Assembly: GCA_035605035.1 (NCBI GenBank) | Contig: DATNHI010000106.1 | Coordinates: 849-64,848, forward strand | Length of the DNA stretch: 64,000 bases | Source: Verrucomicrobiia bacterium | Lineage (GTDB): Bacteria > Verrucomicrobiota > Verrucomicrobiia > Limisphaerales > UBA11358 | Direction: 5' to 3' | Shown here: piece by piece, positions 37,519-46,894 of the stretch | Layout of the letters: every line of letters begins with the position of its first letter | How positions within the stretch are numbered: the stretch's first letter is position 1 | Translations under genes and position numbers: made by a program | Notes under the pieces: generated by a model | The model's database searches: none | The model's input: only the letters and a program-made list of their open reading frames with translations | Told to the model about the DNA's origin: nothing

Positions 37519-38199
37519 ATGAAAGTGACTTACTACGGTCACGCTTGTTTTTCCGTGCAAGTAAAAGAGCGCACGCTGCTATTCGACCCGTTCATTTCCG
37601 GCAACCCGCTCGCCGATGGCATTGACGTAAAAAAGGTGCCGGCGGATTTCATTCTCGTTTCGCACGGCCACGATGACCATCTTGACGACGCGGTCGCAAT
37701 TGCCAAACGCACCCACGCGCTGGTGATTGCGAATTTTGAGGTCGCCAACTGGCTCGAACAACACGGCGCGCCGCGGGTGCACGCGCTGAATCATGGCGGC
37801 GGCTTTCAATTCGATTTTGGCCGCGCCAAATTCGTCAATGCCGTCCATTCCAGCACAATGCCCGATGGCGCCAATGGCGGAAACGCCGGCGGCTTTGTCG
37901 TCGAGAGCGCCGAGGCGAATTTTTATTACTCCGGCGACACCGCTTTGACGTTGGACATGAAACTCATTGGCGAATCCACAAAGTTGAAATTGGCCGTCCT
38001 GTGCATCGGCGACAATTTCACGATGGGGCCGGACGACGCGGTCAAAGCTGCCGGGTTTGTGCGCTGCGACGAAATCCTCGGTGTGCATTACGACACCTTC
38101 CCGCCCATCCGGATTGACCATGCCGCCGCGCAGGAAAAATTCAGGGCTGCCGGAAAGAACCTGCATCTGCTGCGCATCGGCGAGACGCGCGATTTCTAG
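37519..38199 (+). CDS. UPF0173-type metallo-beta-lactamase-fold hydrolase
   Basis: MKVTYYGHACFSVQ...LLFDPFISGNP...LVSHGHDDH. Confidence 0.75.
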   Translation: MKVTYYGHACFSVQVKERTLLFDPFISGNPLADGIDVKKVPADFILVSHGHDDHLDDAVAIAKRTHALVIANFEVANWLEQHGAPRVHALNHGGGFQFDFGRAKFVNAVHSSTMPDGANGGNAGGFVVESAEANFYYSGDTALTLDMKLIGESTKLKLAVLCIGDNFTMGPDDAVKAAGFVRCDEILGVHYDTFPPIRIDHAAAQEKFRAAGKNLHLLRIGETRDF

Positions 38200-39326
38200 T
38201 TATTCGGGTCCACGATGTGCAGGTCAATGCCCGGCGCGTGGTGGAGGAAAAATTGCAACACATTCGGGCGCGTGAATTGCCACCAGCGCCGTTCCGTCGT
38301 ACCCAGCACGACGAGACGGACGCTGTTTTCGCGGCAGAATTTCAGCAGGGCTTCACAAATATTCTCGCTTTCCAGAATGGTGACGCTGCCGCCCAGTTCC
38401 GTTGCCAACTGGACGTTTTGCATGAATTGTCGCTGCAAATCCGACGGAATGCGTATCGGGTCCTCCTTTTTACGGCGGACGTAAACGGCAATCCATTCGC
38501 GATTCAACCGCCCCGCGATGCGCGACGCCGTCCGCAGGAGTTTCGCCGTCGTGACGGGATTGGTGCTGATGAACACCGCGACTTTCTCGCCCACCTCGGC
38601 CGGCAACGCCGTGCCGGCGCGCGGTCGGCGGTCAAGCGCGGCGGCGGTTTCGCGCAACGCCAGCTCGCGCAGGGTGTTCAAATTGTTCTCTGTGAAAAAA
38701 TTCTCGAGCGCGGCCGCGGCGCGGTCGGCGGGGTAAATTTTCCCCAGCTTCAACCGCTCGCGCAATTCCTCGGCCGTCAGGTCAATGTTCACAATCTGGT
38801 CGGCCTCCAGCACAAAACGGTCGGGCACACGCTCGCGCACGTCCACGCCCGTCGCCCGCAGCACCGTGTCGTGCAGGCTTTCCAGATGCTGGATGTTCAT
38901 GGCCGTGATGACATTGATGCTCGCCAGCAGCAGGTCATGCACTTCGAGGTAACGTTTGGGATGTTGCGAGCCGGCAACATTTGTGAACGGTAATTCGTCA
39001 ATGATGCAAACCGTCGGATACCGTTTGAAGATGGCGTCCACGTCGAGCACCTCAACCGTGGTGTTGCCGTGCGGCACTTTTTTGCGGGGAATAATTTCCA
39101 GACCTTCGAGCAACGGCTCCGTTTCCTTGCGCCCGTGCGTTTCAATCCAGCCGATGACCACGTCCACGCCCGCTTTTTTGAGGCGATGCGCCTCCTCCAG
39201 CATCGCGTAGGTTTTGCCGACCCCCGCGGCGTGCCCGAGATAAATCTTCAACTTTCCCAGCCGGCTCTTTTCGATGAGCCGCAGGAAATCTTCCGGCTTC
39301 AAGCGGGGCGCGGCGGGCGGTTCCAC
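38196..39326 (-). CDS. kdpD: short KdpD: KdpD N-terminal sensor domain plus USP-like domain, no TM or histidine-kinase part
   Basis: GKLKIYLGHAAGVGKTYAMLEEAHRLKKAGVDVVIGWIETHGRKET...CIIDELPFTN. C-terminal USP-like KVAVFISTNP...RLVVLG. Ends at 376 aa. Confidence 0.8.
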   Translation of the reverse strand: MEPPAAPRLKPEDFLRLIEKSRLGKLKIYLGHAAGVGKTYAMLEEAHRLKKAGVDVVIGWIETHGRKETEPLLEGLEIIPRKKVPHGNTTVEVLDVDAIFKRYPTVCIIDELPFTNVAGSQHPKRYLEVHDLLLASINVITAMNIQHLESLHDTVLRATGVDVRERVPDRFVLEADQIVNIDLTAEELRERLKLGKIYPADRAAAALENFFTENNLNTLRELALRETAAALDRRPRAGTALPAEVGEKVAVFISTNPVTTAKLLRTASRIAGRLNREWIAVYVRRKKEDPIRIPSDLQRQFMQNVQLATELGGSVTILESENICEALLKFCRENSVRLVVLGTTERRWWQFTRPNVLQFFLHHAPGIDLHIVDPNN

Positions 39327-39338
39327 GCCGCCAAGAAA

Positions 39339-39476
39339 CTATTTTTGCGGCAACTGGTCGAGCGCGAAGTTGAAACCTCTCCGTGCAACGGCAAGATCCT
39401 CCCGCGATGGCAACTGTATCGCCCGCGAAACCGGCAGCCCTCTCTCTGTCACTTGGCTACCAAGTGACCGACCCAT
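39339..39476 (-). pseudogene. ghost kdpC 3' end, 12 nt upstream of kdpD
   Basis: Minus-strand reading ...QVTERGLPVSRAIQLPSREDLAVARRGFNFALDQLPQK* versus real KdpC ...QVPRVARARGLSEARV...RDLGVFGEPRVNIMTLNFALDSLAGK*. Core gtcgagcgcgaagttgaa versus gtcaagcgcgaagttcaa (16/18). Confidence 0.75.
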
Positions 39477-40559
39477 TTAATGTTTTTTAAGTCTTAACCA
39501 TCGCGTGAACAGACAGCCCAAACCCATCAAACAGAGTAGCAGGACTGACCAGTAAGCAAGTCTTGTGTATTTATGAGGCGGTGGGAAAGCGATCACTTTT
39601 TTTGCGAGATGCAGGGTTTCCCTTTCACCTTGCAGAGCCAAACTGTGATATGCACCCACCGAAATAGTTATCACGTTTGTCAAACCGGATGGTATTGCAA
39701 TGGTTCCACCCCAGCCTCTGCCCCATGCAACTAAAGTCCCATCCGACTTGAGGGCTAGACGATGCTGTTCTCCAGCGGCGATTGACACAACATTCGTCAA
39801 ATCCGCTGGGGGTGTGACCTCGCCAAAATTTACATCATGTCCCCAACCCACTACGCGACCGTCAGATTTAAGCGCCAAGCAGTAATGAATTCCGGCTGCG
39901 ATTGCCACCACATTGGTCAAATCGGCTGGAACATTTGTCTGTCCGTATGAGTTATCACCCCAAACGACGACTGTGCCGTTCGACTTCAATGCCATGCTGT
40001 GTTCACCGCCACCGGCGATTGCCACCACATTCGCCAAATCCGGCGGCACTCTGGTTAGATTGGCATTTCCGGGCAATCTGCCTCCCCAGCATACAACTGT
40101 GCCATCCGATTTTAACGCAAGGCTGTGATAATAACCCGCTGCTATGGCGATTACGTTAGTCAGGTTTGCTGGCACTTCAATTTCATCATCACCATCGTAG
40201 CCCCAACCTATAACTGTGCCATCGTCCTTCAGTGCAAGACAGTGCCATTCTCCGGCGGCAATGGCTGTGACGTTCGACAAACCTTCTGGCGTTTTTACCG
40301 GAAAAATGCCACCACCGCCAAGACAAGCTCCCCACGTAATAACCGTCCCATCATTTTTTAACGCCAAGTTGTGACGTAAACCCGCTGCAATGGCGACGAC
40401 GTTGGTTAAGCCCACCGGCACACTTAACTCGCCGAATCCGGCATTCTGTCCCCAAGCCATGATCTGGTTGGCCGGATGAACGAGCGTCTGCATGCTCAAA
40501 TAGAAAATAACGGACAAACAGAACCTGCCAGCACATCGCTGGACTGAAACAGTTTTCAC
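39477..40559 (-). CDS. RCC1-repeat beta-propeller protein with signal peptide and C-terminal TM anchor
   Basis: Repeats of the type NVVAIAAG..H.LALKSDGTVV.WG. C-terminal WSVLLLCLMGLGCLFTRW. AT-richer than flanks. Confidence 0.8.
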   Translation of the reverse strand: MKTVSVQRCAGRFCLSVIFYLSMQTLVHPANQIMAWGQNAGFGELSVPVGLTNVVAIAAGLRHNLALKNDGTVITWGACLGGGGIFPVKTPEGLSNVTAIAAGEWHCLALKDDGTVIGWGYDGDDEIEVPANLTNVIAIAAGYYHSLALKSDGTVVCWGGRLPGNANLTRVPPDLANVVAIAGGGEHSMALKSNGTVVVWGDNSYGQTNVPADLTNVVAIAAGIHYCLALKSDGRVVGWGHDVNFGEVTPPADLTNVVSIAAGEQHRLALKSDGTLVAWGRGWGGTIAIPSGLTNVITISVGAYHSLALQGERETLHLAKKVIAFPPPHKYTRLAYWSVLLLCLMGLGCLFTRWLRLKKH

Positions 40560-40588
40560 CGTGAAATGTTAATCCTGCTGTTGCCGGT

Positions 40589-41893
40589 TTGGGAATCCCA
40601 ATTTTCGTCTGGCTTTGGCCTTTCTTGAAGTTTAAACATCGAAGACAGATGAAAATCATTCCATTGGCGGCAACCCTTTTCTGCGGATTATTTTTCATTG
40701 ATGAGAATGCACACGCACAAACCAACTTGGAATGTATTGGGCACGTCAACGATTCACCATGGGGGGCATTTGATGTGGCGGTTGCCGGGCATTATGTGTT
40801 CCTTGCAAACGGCAGTGATGGTCTCCGAATCTACGATGTATCAACCCCAACAAATCCCATCTGCGTCGGACATGCGAAGGACGGAGGGGTTGGCGCAAGC
40901 GCAATGGGAGTAGCATTATTCGGTGATTATGCCTACATCGCCAACAGCAACGACGGAATGCGTATCTACGATGTTTCCGATCCAACTCACCCGATTAACG
41001 TAGGACGCAGCCCTGAAATCGCCTCCCCAGCAGCTTCATTTGGCATAGCGATTTCTGGTGTGCAACAGCACAGGGCTTTTGCACCCATCCGGTCATGGCT
41101 GTTCGGAAAGCGTAAGTCAGGAGCACGGTATGCCTTCCTAGCAAACTACAATGATGGACTGCGAATCTACGATGTTTCCAATCCCGCCAAACCAAAGCGT
41201 ATTGGCCGTGTGAACGACGGCGGCACAGCTCTTTATGCGGCTGTGTCTGGAAAATACGTATTTCTGGCGAACGACTATGACGGGCTACGGGTATATGACG
41301 TTTCTAATCCCGCCAGTCCGACCAACGTCGCAAGGGTCAAAGATATGGGTTATCCGTGGGGAGTGGCCGTCGCTGGGAAATACGCCTATGTTGCAGACAA
41401 TTTTTACGGCTTTTCAATTTTTGATATTTCTGACGTGACACATCCGGTCGGCGTGGGACATATCAATGACAGTCCACCGCCTCTGTCATTTATTGAAGCT
41501 CATTCGCATACGACCAATAGCAAAACTCACATTGACGGCTCCGCATACGGCATAGCCGTTGCGGGTAATCATGCGTATCTTGCTAATTTTGGCGATGGGG
41601 TTCGGGTTTATGATATTTCCAATCCGACGAACCCAATTAACATCGCGCACACGGCCACAAACTATCAGGGATTCTCAAAGAGAATCGCCGTATCGAGGGG
41701 CTTCGCTTTTGTTGCTAACGCAAATGACGGACTCCGAATTTACAAAGTGTGGGATGACACTCCAACCGCGTCGGAATTTCCTGTTTACACTTTCGCAGTC
41801 ATCGCCCTGAGTTTAATTTTGATTGTGGTCGCAATATCAATCTGGCGATTCAAAGTCAGTTCAGCAAAGCACGAAGCCGACAATTCTTCATAA
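40589..41893 (+). CDS. LVIVD-repeat beta-propeller protein with signal peptide and C-terminal TM anchor
   Basis: Repeats YVFLANGSDGLRIYDVSTPTNP / YAYIANSNDGMRIYDVSDPTHP and similar. Likely start 40649 (MKIIPLAATLFCGLFF). C-terminal FAVIALSLILIVVAISIW. Confidence 0.8.
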   Translation: MGIPIFVWLWPFLKFKHRRQMKIIPLAATLFCGLFFIDENAHAQTNLECIGHVNDSPWGAFDVAVAGHYVFLANGSDGLRIYDVSTPTNPICVGHAKDGGVGASAMGVALFGDYAYIANSNDGMRIYDVSDPTHPINVGRSPEIASPAASFGIAISGVQQHRAFAPIRSWLFGKRKSGARYAFLANYNDGLRIYDVSNPAKPKRIGRVNDGGTALYAAVSGKYVFLANDYDGLRVYDVSNPASPTNVARVKDMGYPWGVAVAGKYAYVADNFYGFSIFDISDVTHPVGVGHINDSPPPLSFIEAHSHTTNSKTHIDGSAYGIAVAGNHAYLANFGDGVRVYDISNPTNPINIAHTATNYQGFSKRIAVSRGFAFVANANDGLRIYKVWDDTPTASEFPVYTFAVIALSLILIVVAISIWRFKVSSAKHEADNSS

Positions 41894-42097
41894 ACATGAG
41901 GGGGTAGCCTTCGCTTCCGGCGAGTTCCTTTCACCGCTTTCCCAAGCGGTTCAAATCTCCCCGGAGCGGAGAAGAAATTTGTTTTGTGGAACGTTTTCCC
42001 CAAGGTGGCTCGGTTTGAGCCAGACGGGCCACCTCGCAACCTTGGGCTGTTTTCTTCTGCTCCGTTGGAGCATCAGGCGGGACGCCCGTGCTACTTT

Positions 42098-42760
42098 TCA
42101 TTTGCCAGCCAGACTGTCAAGCGCGAAGTTCAATGTCATGATGTTCACGCGCGGCTCGCCGAAAACGCCGAGGTCGCGGCCATTCGTGTTTTGTTGAACG
42201 AGTTCGCGGACGCGTGCTTCCGACAGGCCGCGCGCCCTGGCCACGCGCGGAACCTGCAACTCCGCGTTGGCCACGCTGATGTGCGGGTCAAGGCCGCTGC
42301 CGGAAGCGGTTGCGGCATCGGCGGGAACGATGGCATTGGTTGCGAGGCCGTTGTCGGAACGGCAGGTGGCAATGTTCTGCGTGACGTTGGCGACCAGATT
42401 GGATGAGGTCGGGCCGAGATTGCTGCCGCCGGAATGCGTCGCGTCAAAATTGTTCACGCTCACCGCAGATGTTGGATCGCCTGCGCTCGCCGCCGACGGA
42501 CGCGGATGAAAATATTGCGCGCCGGTGAAATTTTGCGCAAGCATTGCCGAGCCGCGCACCCCGCCGGAACGGTCATGCAGCAAACTGCCGTTGGCCTGGT
42601 TCGGGAACAGCAATTGCGACACTCCAAAAACAACGAGTGGATAGAGACCGCACAAAATGACGGCGAAAAAAAGTGTCGCCACCAGCGACCGGCCGAATTC
42701 AGTCAAAATGGTTTTCATAAATTTTTTGCAGGAGACGACGTGAGGAGTCTCATTTTTCAA
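42098..42760 (-). CDS. kdpC: K+-transporting ATPase subunit C
   Basis: Typical KdpC: TM helix then ...GSNLGPTS...SGSGLDPHIS...NFALD. Likely start 42718 (MKTILTEF). Confidence 0.9.
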   Translation of the reverse strand: MKNETPHVVSCKKFMKTILTEFGRSLVATLFFAVILCGLYPLVVFGVSQLLFPNQANGSLLHDRSGGVRGSAMLAQNFTGAQYFHPRPSAASAGDPTSAVSVNNFDATHSGGSNLGPTSSNLVANVTQNIATCRSDNGLATNAIVPADAATASGSGLDPHISVANAELQVPRVARARGLSEARVRELVQQNTNGRDLGVFGEPRVNIMTLNFALDSLAGK

Positions 42761-42789
42761 ATTTGCGCCTCGTTACCTCGGCTGCTACG
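42727..42789. repeat. inverted repeat of the tgtaggag... family, copy 3, in the kdpB-kdpC spacer
   Basis: Arms tgcaggagacgacgtgaggagtctca and tgcgcctcgttacctcggctgctacg. Confidence 0.75.
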
Positions 42790-42799
42790 GTTTCAGTTT

Positions 42800-44812
42800 T
42801 CATGCCAGATGCAGACCCGCGACGATCAGGTCAATGAATTTGATGCCGATGAACGGCAGGATGACGCCCCAGAGGCCGTAAATCAGCAGGTTGATGCGCA
42901 GGATTTGCACCGCGCCGAGCGGGCGGAACTTCACGCCGCGCAGCGCCAGCGGAATCAGTGCGATGATGATGAGCGCGTTGAAAATCACGGCGCTCAAAAT
43001 CGCGCTGTCCGGGCTGTGCAATTTCATGACGTTCAACGGCGCAATGACCGGAAAGGTCACCATCAGCATCGCCGGGATGATGGCGAAGTATTTCGCCACG
43101 TCGTTGGCGATGCTGAAGGTCGTCAGTGCGCCGCGCGTGATGAGCAATTGCTTCCCGATTTCGATGATTTCGAGCAGCTTCGTCGGATTCGAGTCCAGGT
43201 CCACCATGTTGCCGGCTTCCTTGGCGGCTTGCGTGCCGGTGTTCATGGCCACGCCGACATCGGCCTGCGCGAGCGCGGGCGCGTCGTTCGTGCCGTCGCC
43301 AATCATCGCAATCATCCGGCCGCCCTGTTGTTCCTGGCGGATCAACGCCAGTTTGTCCTCCGGTCTCGCCTCGGCGAGAAAATCGTCCACGCCCGCCTCC
43401 TGCGCGATGGCGGCGGCGGTGAGCTTGTTGTCGCCGGTAATCATCACGGTGCGGATGCCCATCGCGCGAAAGCGTTTGAAGCGGTCGGACAGCCCGCCCT
43501 TGACGATGTCTTTCAAATGAATCACGCCGAGCACGCGCTGACGCGTCGCGACGACGAGCGGCGTGCCGCCGGAAAGAGAAATGGTTTCAACCATTTCTTC
43601 AATTTCCGCCGGCAGTTTCCCGCCAACGAACTGGCGGATTGAATTGGCCGCGCCTTTGCGAATTTGTTTGCCTTCGAGATTCACGCCGCTCATGCGCGTT
43701 TGCGCGGTGAATGGCACAAATTGCGCGTTTGGCAACTCGTGAATCGTCCGCGCGCGGATGCCGAATTGTTTGGCGAGCACGACGATGCTGCGGCCCTCGG
43801 GCGTTTCGTCCGCGAGCGACGCAAGTTGTGCGGCGTCGGCCAATTCCCGTTCGGTCACGCCGGGCGCGGGCAGAAAGGCGACGGCCTGCCGGTTGCCGAG
43901 CGTGATAGTGCCCGTCTTATCGAGCAGCAGAACATCCACGTCGCCAGCGGCCTCGACCGCGCGTCCACTCATCGCCAGCACATTGCGCTGGAGCAGACGG
44001 TCCATGCCGGCGATGCCGATGGCGCTCAATAAACCGCCGATGGTCGTCGGAATCAAACAAACCAGTAGCGCGATGAGCACGGCGTTGGAGAAAATCGTCC
44101 CGGAGTAAATGCCGAACGGCTTCAGCGTCACAACCGCGAGCAAAAAGACGACCGTGAGCGCGGCGAGCAAAATCGTGAGCGCGATTTCGTTCGGTGTCTT
44201 CTGACGGCTCGCGCCTTCGACGAGGGAAATCATGCGGTCGAGAAAGCCTTCGCCGGGATTGGCGGTGATGCGGATTCTGATTTCGTCGGAGAGCACGCGC
44301 GTGCCGCCGGTGACGGCGCTGCGGTCGCCGCCGGCTTCGCGGATGACCGGCGCGGATTCGCCGGTAATCGCGGATTCATCTACCGTCGCCGCGCCGAGAA
44401 CAATTTCGCCATCGGCGGGAATGATTTCCATGGCATGCACGACCACGATATCGCCTTTGCGCAGCGAATCGGCATCCACGACTTCAATCCGGTCGCCGGA
44501 AATTTTATTGGCGCTGGTTCGCGTGCGGGTGGCGCGCAGCGCCTTGGCCTGCGCCTTGCCGCGGCCCTCGGCGACGGCTTCGGCGAAATTCGCGAACAGC
44601 ACGGTGAACCAGAGCCAGAGTGCGATTTGGGCGACAAACAGGGTCTGGCCGGGCGAGCGAAAGGCGTCCACGGTGCTGATGGCCGCGCCGACCAGCGTGA
44701 CGAACATGACGGGATTTTTCACCATCAGCCGCGGGTTCAGTTTTTTGAACGCGTCGCCGATGGCGGGCCAGAGAATTTTGGAATCAAAGACGGAAACGGC
44801 TTTCGTTTGCAT
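42800..44812 (-). CDS. kdpB: K+-transporting P-type ATPase subunit B
   Basis: DKTGTIT phosphorylation motif, [16 protein letters not shown]. Confidence 0.95.
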   Translation of the reverse strand: MQTKAVSVFDSKILWPAIGDAFKKLNPRLMVKNPVMFVTLVGAAISTVDAFRSPGQTLFVAQIALWLWFTVLFANFAEAVAEGRGKAQAKALRATRTRTSANKISGDRIEVVDADSLRKGDIVVVHAMEIIPADGEIVLGAATVDESAITGESAPVIREAGGDRSAVTGGTRVLSDEIRIRITANPGEGFLDRMISLVEGASRQKTPNEIALTILLAALTVVFLLAVVTLKPFGIYSGTIFSNAVLIALLVCLIPTTIGGLLSAIGIAGMDRLLQRNVLAMSGRAVEAAGDVDVLLLDKTGTITLGNRQAVAFLPAPGVTERELADAAQLASLADETPEGRSIVVLAKQFGIRARTIHELPNAQFVPFTAQTRMSGVNLEGKQIRKGAANSIRQFVGGKLPAEIEEMVETISLSGGTPLVVATRQRVLGVIHLKDIVKGGLSDRFKRFRAMGIRTVMITGDNKLTAAAIAQEAGVDDFLAEARPEDKLALIRQEQQGGRMIAMIGDGTNDAPALAQADVGVAMNTGTQAAKEAGNMVDLDSNPTKLLEIIEIGKQLLITRGALTTFSIANDVAKYFAIIPAMLMVTFPVIAPLNVMKLHSPDSAILSAVIFNALIIIALIPLALRGVKFRPLGAVQILRINLLIYGLWGVILPFIGIKFIDLIVAGLHLA

Positions 44813-44815
44813 AGA

Positions 44816-46615
44816 TTAAAACAGGGTTCCTTTCAGCATCAGAAAATGTTCGACAATCGGGCCGAGCGTGAGCGCGGGCAAAAAAGTCAACGCACCGACG
44901 AGAATCACTGTGCCGACGAGCAGCACGACGAAGGTGATGCCGGTCACCGGAAACGTGCCGGCGCTGGCGGGAACGATTTTTTTGCGCGCCAGCGACCCGG
45001 CGAGCGCGAGCAGCGGCACGATCATGCCGAACCGGCCGAGCAGCATGTCAAAGCCGAGCGTCGTGTCGTACCACGGCGTGTTGGCGTTGAGGCCGGCGAA
45101 GGCGCTGCCGTTGTTGCCCGCGCCGGAGGTGTAGGCGTAGAGCATTTCGCTCAAGCCGTGCGGGCCGTTGTTGTTCAAGCCGGCCTTGCCCCAATCGCTT
45201 ACCGACGCCCAGGCCGTGAACCCGAGAATGATGAACGCGAGAATGACGAACGCCAGCAGCGTCATCTTCACGTCGTAGGCCTCGATCTTTTTGCCGAGAT
45301 ATTCCGGCGTGCGCCCGACCATCAGCCCGGCGATGAACACGGCGAGGATGACAAAAATCAACATGCCGTAAAGCCCCGCGCCGACGCCGCCGAAAATCAC
45401 CTCACCGGTCTGGATGTTGAACATCGGCACCAGCCCGCCGAGCGGCGTGAAGGAATCGTGCATGGAATTGACCGCGCCGCAGGAGGCGTCGGTCGTCACC
45501 GTGGCGAACAGCGCGGAATCGAAGATGCCGAAGCGGACTTCCTTGCCTTCCATGTTACCGTCGGCGACGGCGACGCCGAGTTGCTGATGAATCGGATTGC
45601 CGCGCGCCTCTGCCCACGAGCAAACGAGGACGCCAGCGAGAAACATGACGAACATCGCCGACCAGACCGCCCAGCCGTGTTTTTGATTTTTCGTTTCGCG
45701 GCCGAGGTGATACGTCAGCGCGCTGCCGATGCAGAGGAGCGCCAGCATCTGGAAAAAGTTCGAGAGCGGCGTGGGATTTTCAAATGGATGCGCGGCGTTG
45801 GCGTTCGTGTAACCGCCGCCGTTGGTGCCGAGCATCTTAATGGCCATCTGCGACGCCATCGGGCCTTGCACGATGGTCTGCGTGTCGAGCGTCTGGTTAA
45901 CCATGACTGGATTGCCCTTGGCGTCCACGACCGGTTTGCCGTTCGCGTCGGTTTTTTGGACAGAAACGGTTTGCGGCTCGATGAGCTTGGCGACGGTGTA
46001 AGGTTTGAAATTCTGAATCATGCCCTGCGACACGAAGAACAGCGCCAGCACGAGGCAAATCGGCAGGAGCAGATAATAAATGATGCGCGTGAGGTCCACC
46101 CAGAAGTTGCCGATGGTCTGCGCCGTGTGCCGCGCGATGCCGCGCACGAGCGCGCCGGCGATGGCGATGCCGACGGCGGCGGAAAAAAAGTTTTGGCTGG
46201 CCAGCGCGACCATTTGCGAGAAATACGACATCGTGGATTCGCCGCCGTAGCTCTGCCAGTTGGTGTTCGTGGTAAAGCTGACGGCGGTGTTGAACGCGAG
46301 ATGTTGAGCCAGCGCGCCGAGTTTTTGTGGATTGAGCGGCAGAAATTGCTGCAACCGCAGAATGGCGTAGGTGAAAAGACAGCTCACGAGGCTGAACAGC
46401 AGCATCGCAAACGCGTATTGCTTCCAGCCGTGTTCCTTCGCCGGATCCACGCGCAAGACGCGGTAGGTGAATTTTTCGAACGGGCGCAAAACCGGGTCGA
46501 GCCAGGTGCGACCGTTGGGATTGAGCACGCGGTTGATATACAAACCGAGTGGCTTGGTGACGAGCACGAGCGCGCCGATGTAAAGCGCGAGCTCCAACCA
46601 TTGATGGGCGTTCAT
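44816..46615 (-). CDS. kdpA: K+-transporting ATPase subunit A
   Basis: MNAHQWLELALYIGALVLVTKPLGLYI...TNTNWQSYGGE...LGTNGGG. Confidence 0.95.
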   Translation of the reverse strand: MNAHQWLELALYIGALVLVTKPLGLYINRVLNPNGRTWLDPVLRPFEKFTYRVLRVDPAKEHGWKQYAFAMLLFSLVSCLFTYAILRLQQFLPLNPQKLGALAQHLAFNTAVSFTTNTNWQSYGGESTMSYFSQMVALASQNFFSAAVGIAIAGALVRGIARHTAQTIGNFWVDLTRIIYYLLLPICLVLALFFVSQGMIQNFKPYTVAKLIEPQTVSVQKTDANGKPVVDAKGNPVMVNQTLDTQTIVQGPMASQMAIKMLGTNGGGYTNANAAHPFENPTPLSNFFQMLALLCIGSALTYHLGRETKNQKHGWAVWSAMFVMFLAGVLVCSWAEARGNPIHQQLGVAVADGNMEGKEVRFGIFDSALFATVTTDASCGAVNSMHDSFTPLGGLVPMFNIQTGEVIFGGVGAGLYGMLIFVILAVFIAGLMVGRTPEYLGKKIEAYDVKMTLLAFVILAFIILGFTAWASVSDWGKAGLNNNGPHGLSEMLYAYTSGAGNNGSAFAGLNANTPWYDTTLGFDMLLGRFGMIVPLLALAGSLARKKIVPASAGTFPVTGITFVVLLVGTVILVGALTFLPALTLGPIVEHFLMLKGTLF

Positions 46616-46624
46616 GGCCGTGGA

Positions 46625-46708
46625 CTAAAATTTTTCCGGTTTAAGCATGGCGACAATGAGATAAACACAAAGCGCCACGGAAATAATTCCAAGGATGAGA
46701 TTTTCCAT
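46625..46708 (-). CDS. kdpF: K+-transporting ATPase subunit F (27 aa)
   Basis: Not in ORF track (too short). Hand translation MENLILGIISVALCVYLIVAMLKPEKF* has the KdpF-type hydrophobic helix and a PEKF end. Sits 9 nt upstream of kdpA. Confidence 0.8.
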   Translation of the reverse strand: MENLILGIISVALCVYLIVAMLKPEKF

Positions 46709-46719
46709 AAATTCTTTGG

Positions 46720-46803
46720 TCAGAGCTTTTGGCAACCGACGACATACAGCAAAAAAGCCATAAAAGCGCCACAAACCAATCCGATATAGATTGCGTCCAA
46801 CAT
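46720..46803 (-). CDS. second 27-aa hydrophobic peptide immediately upstream of kdpF
   Basis: MLDAIYIGLVCGAFMAFLLYVVGCQKL*, between the riboswitch candidate and kdpF. ORF only. Confidence 0.3.
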   Translation of the reverse strand: MLDAIYIGLVCGAFMAFLLYVVGCQKL

Positions 46804-46894
46804 AATTTTGTCAACGGCCGCGTCAATGCACATGCCGCAATTGATTTTCACGTTGGGTGAACTTGATGACCGCGGACTTCGCGGTTCAGAGGCT

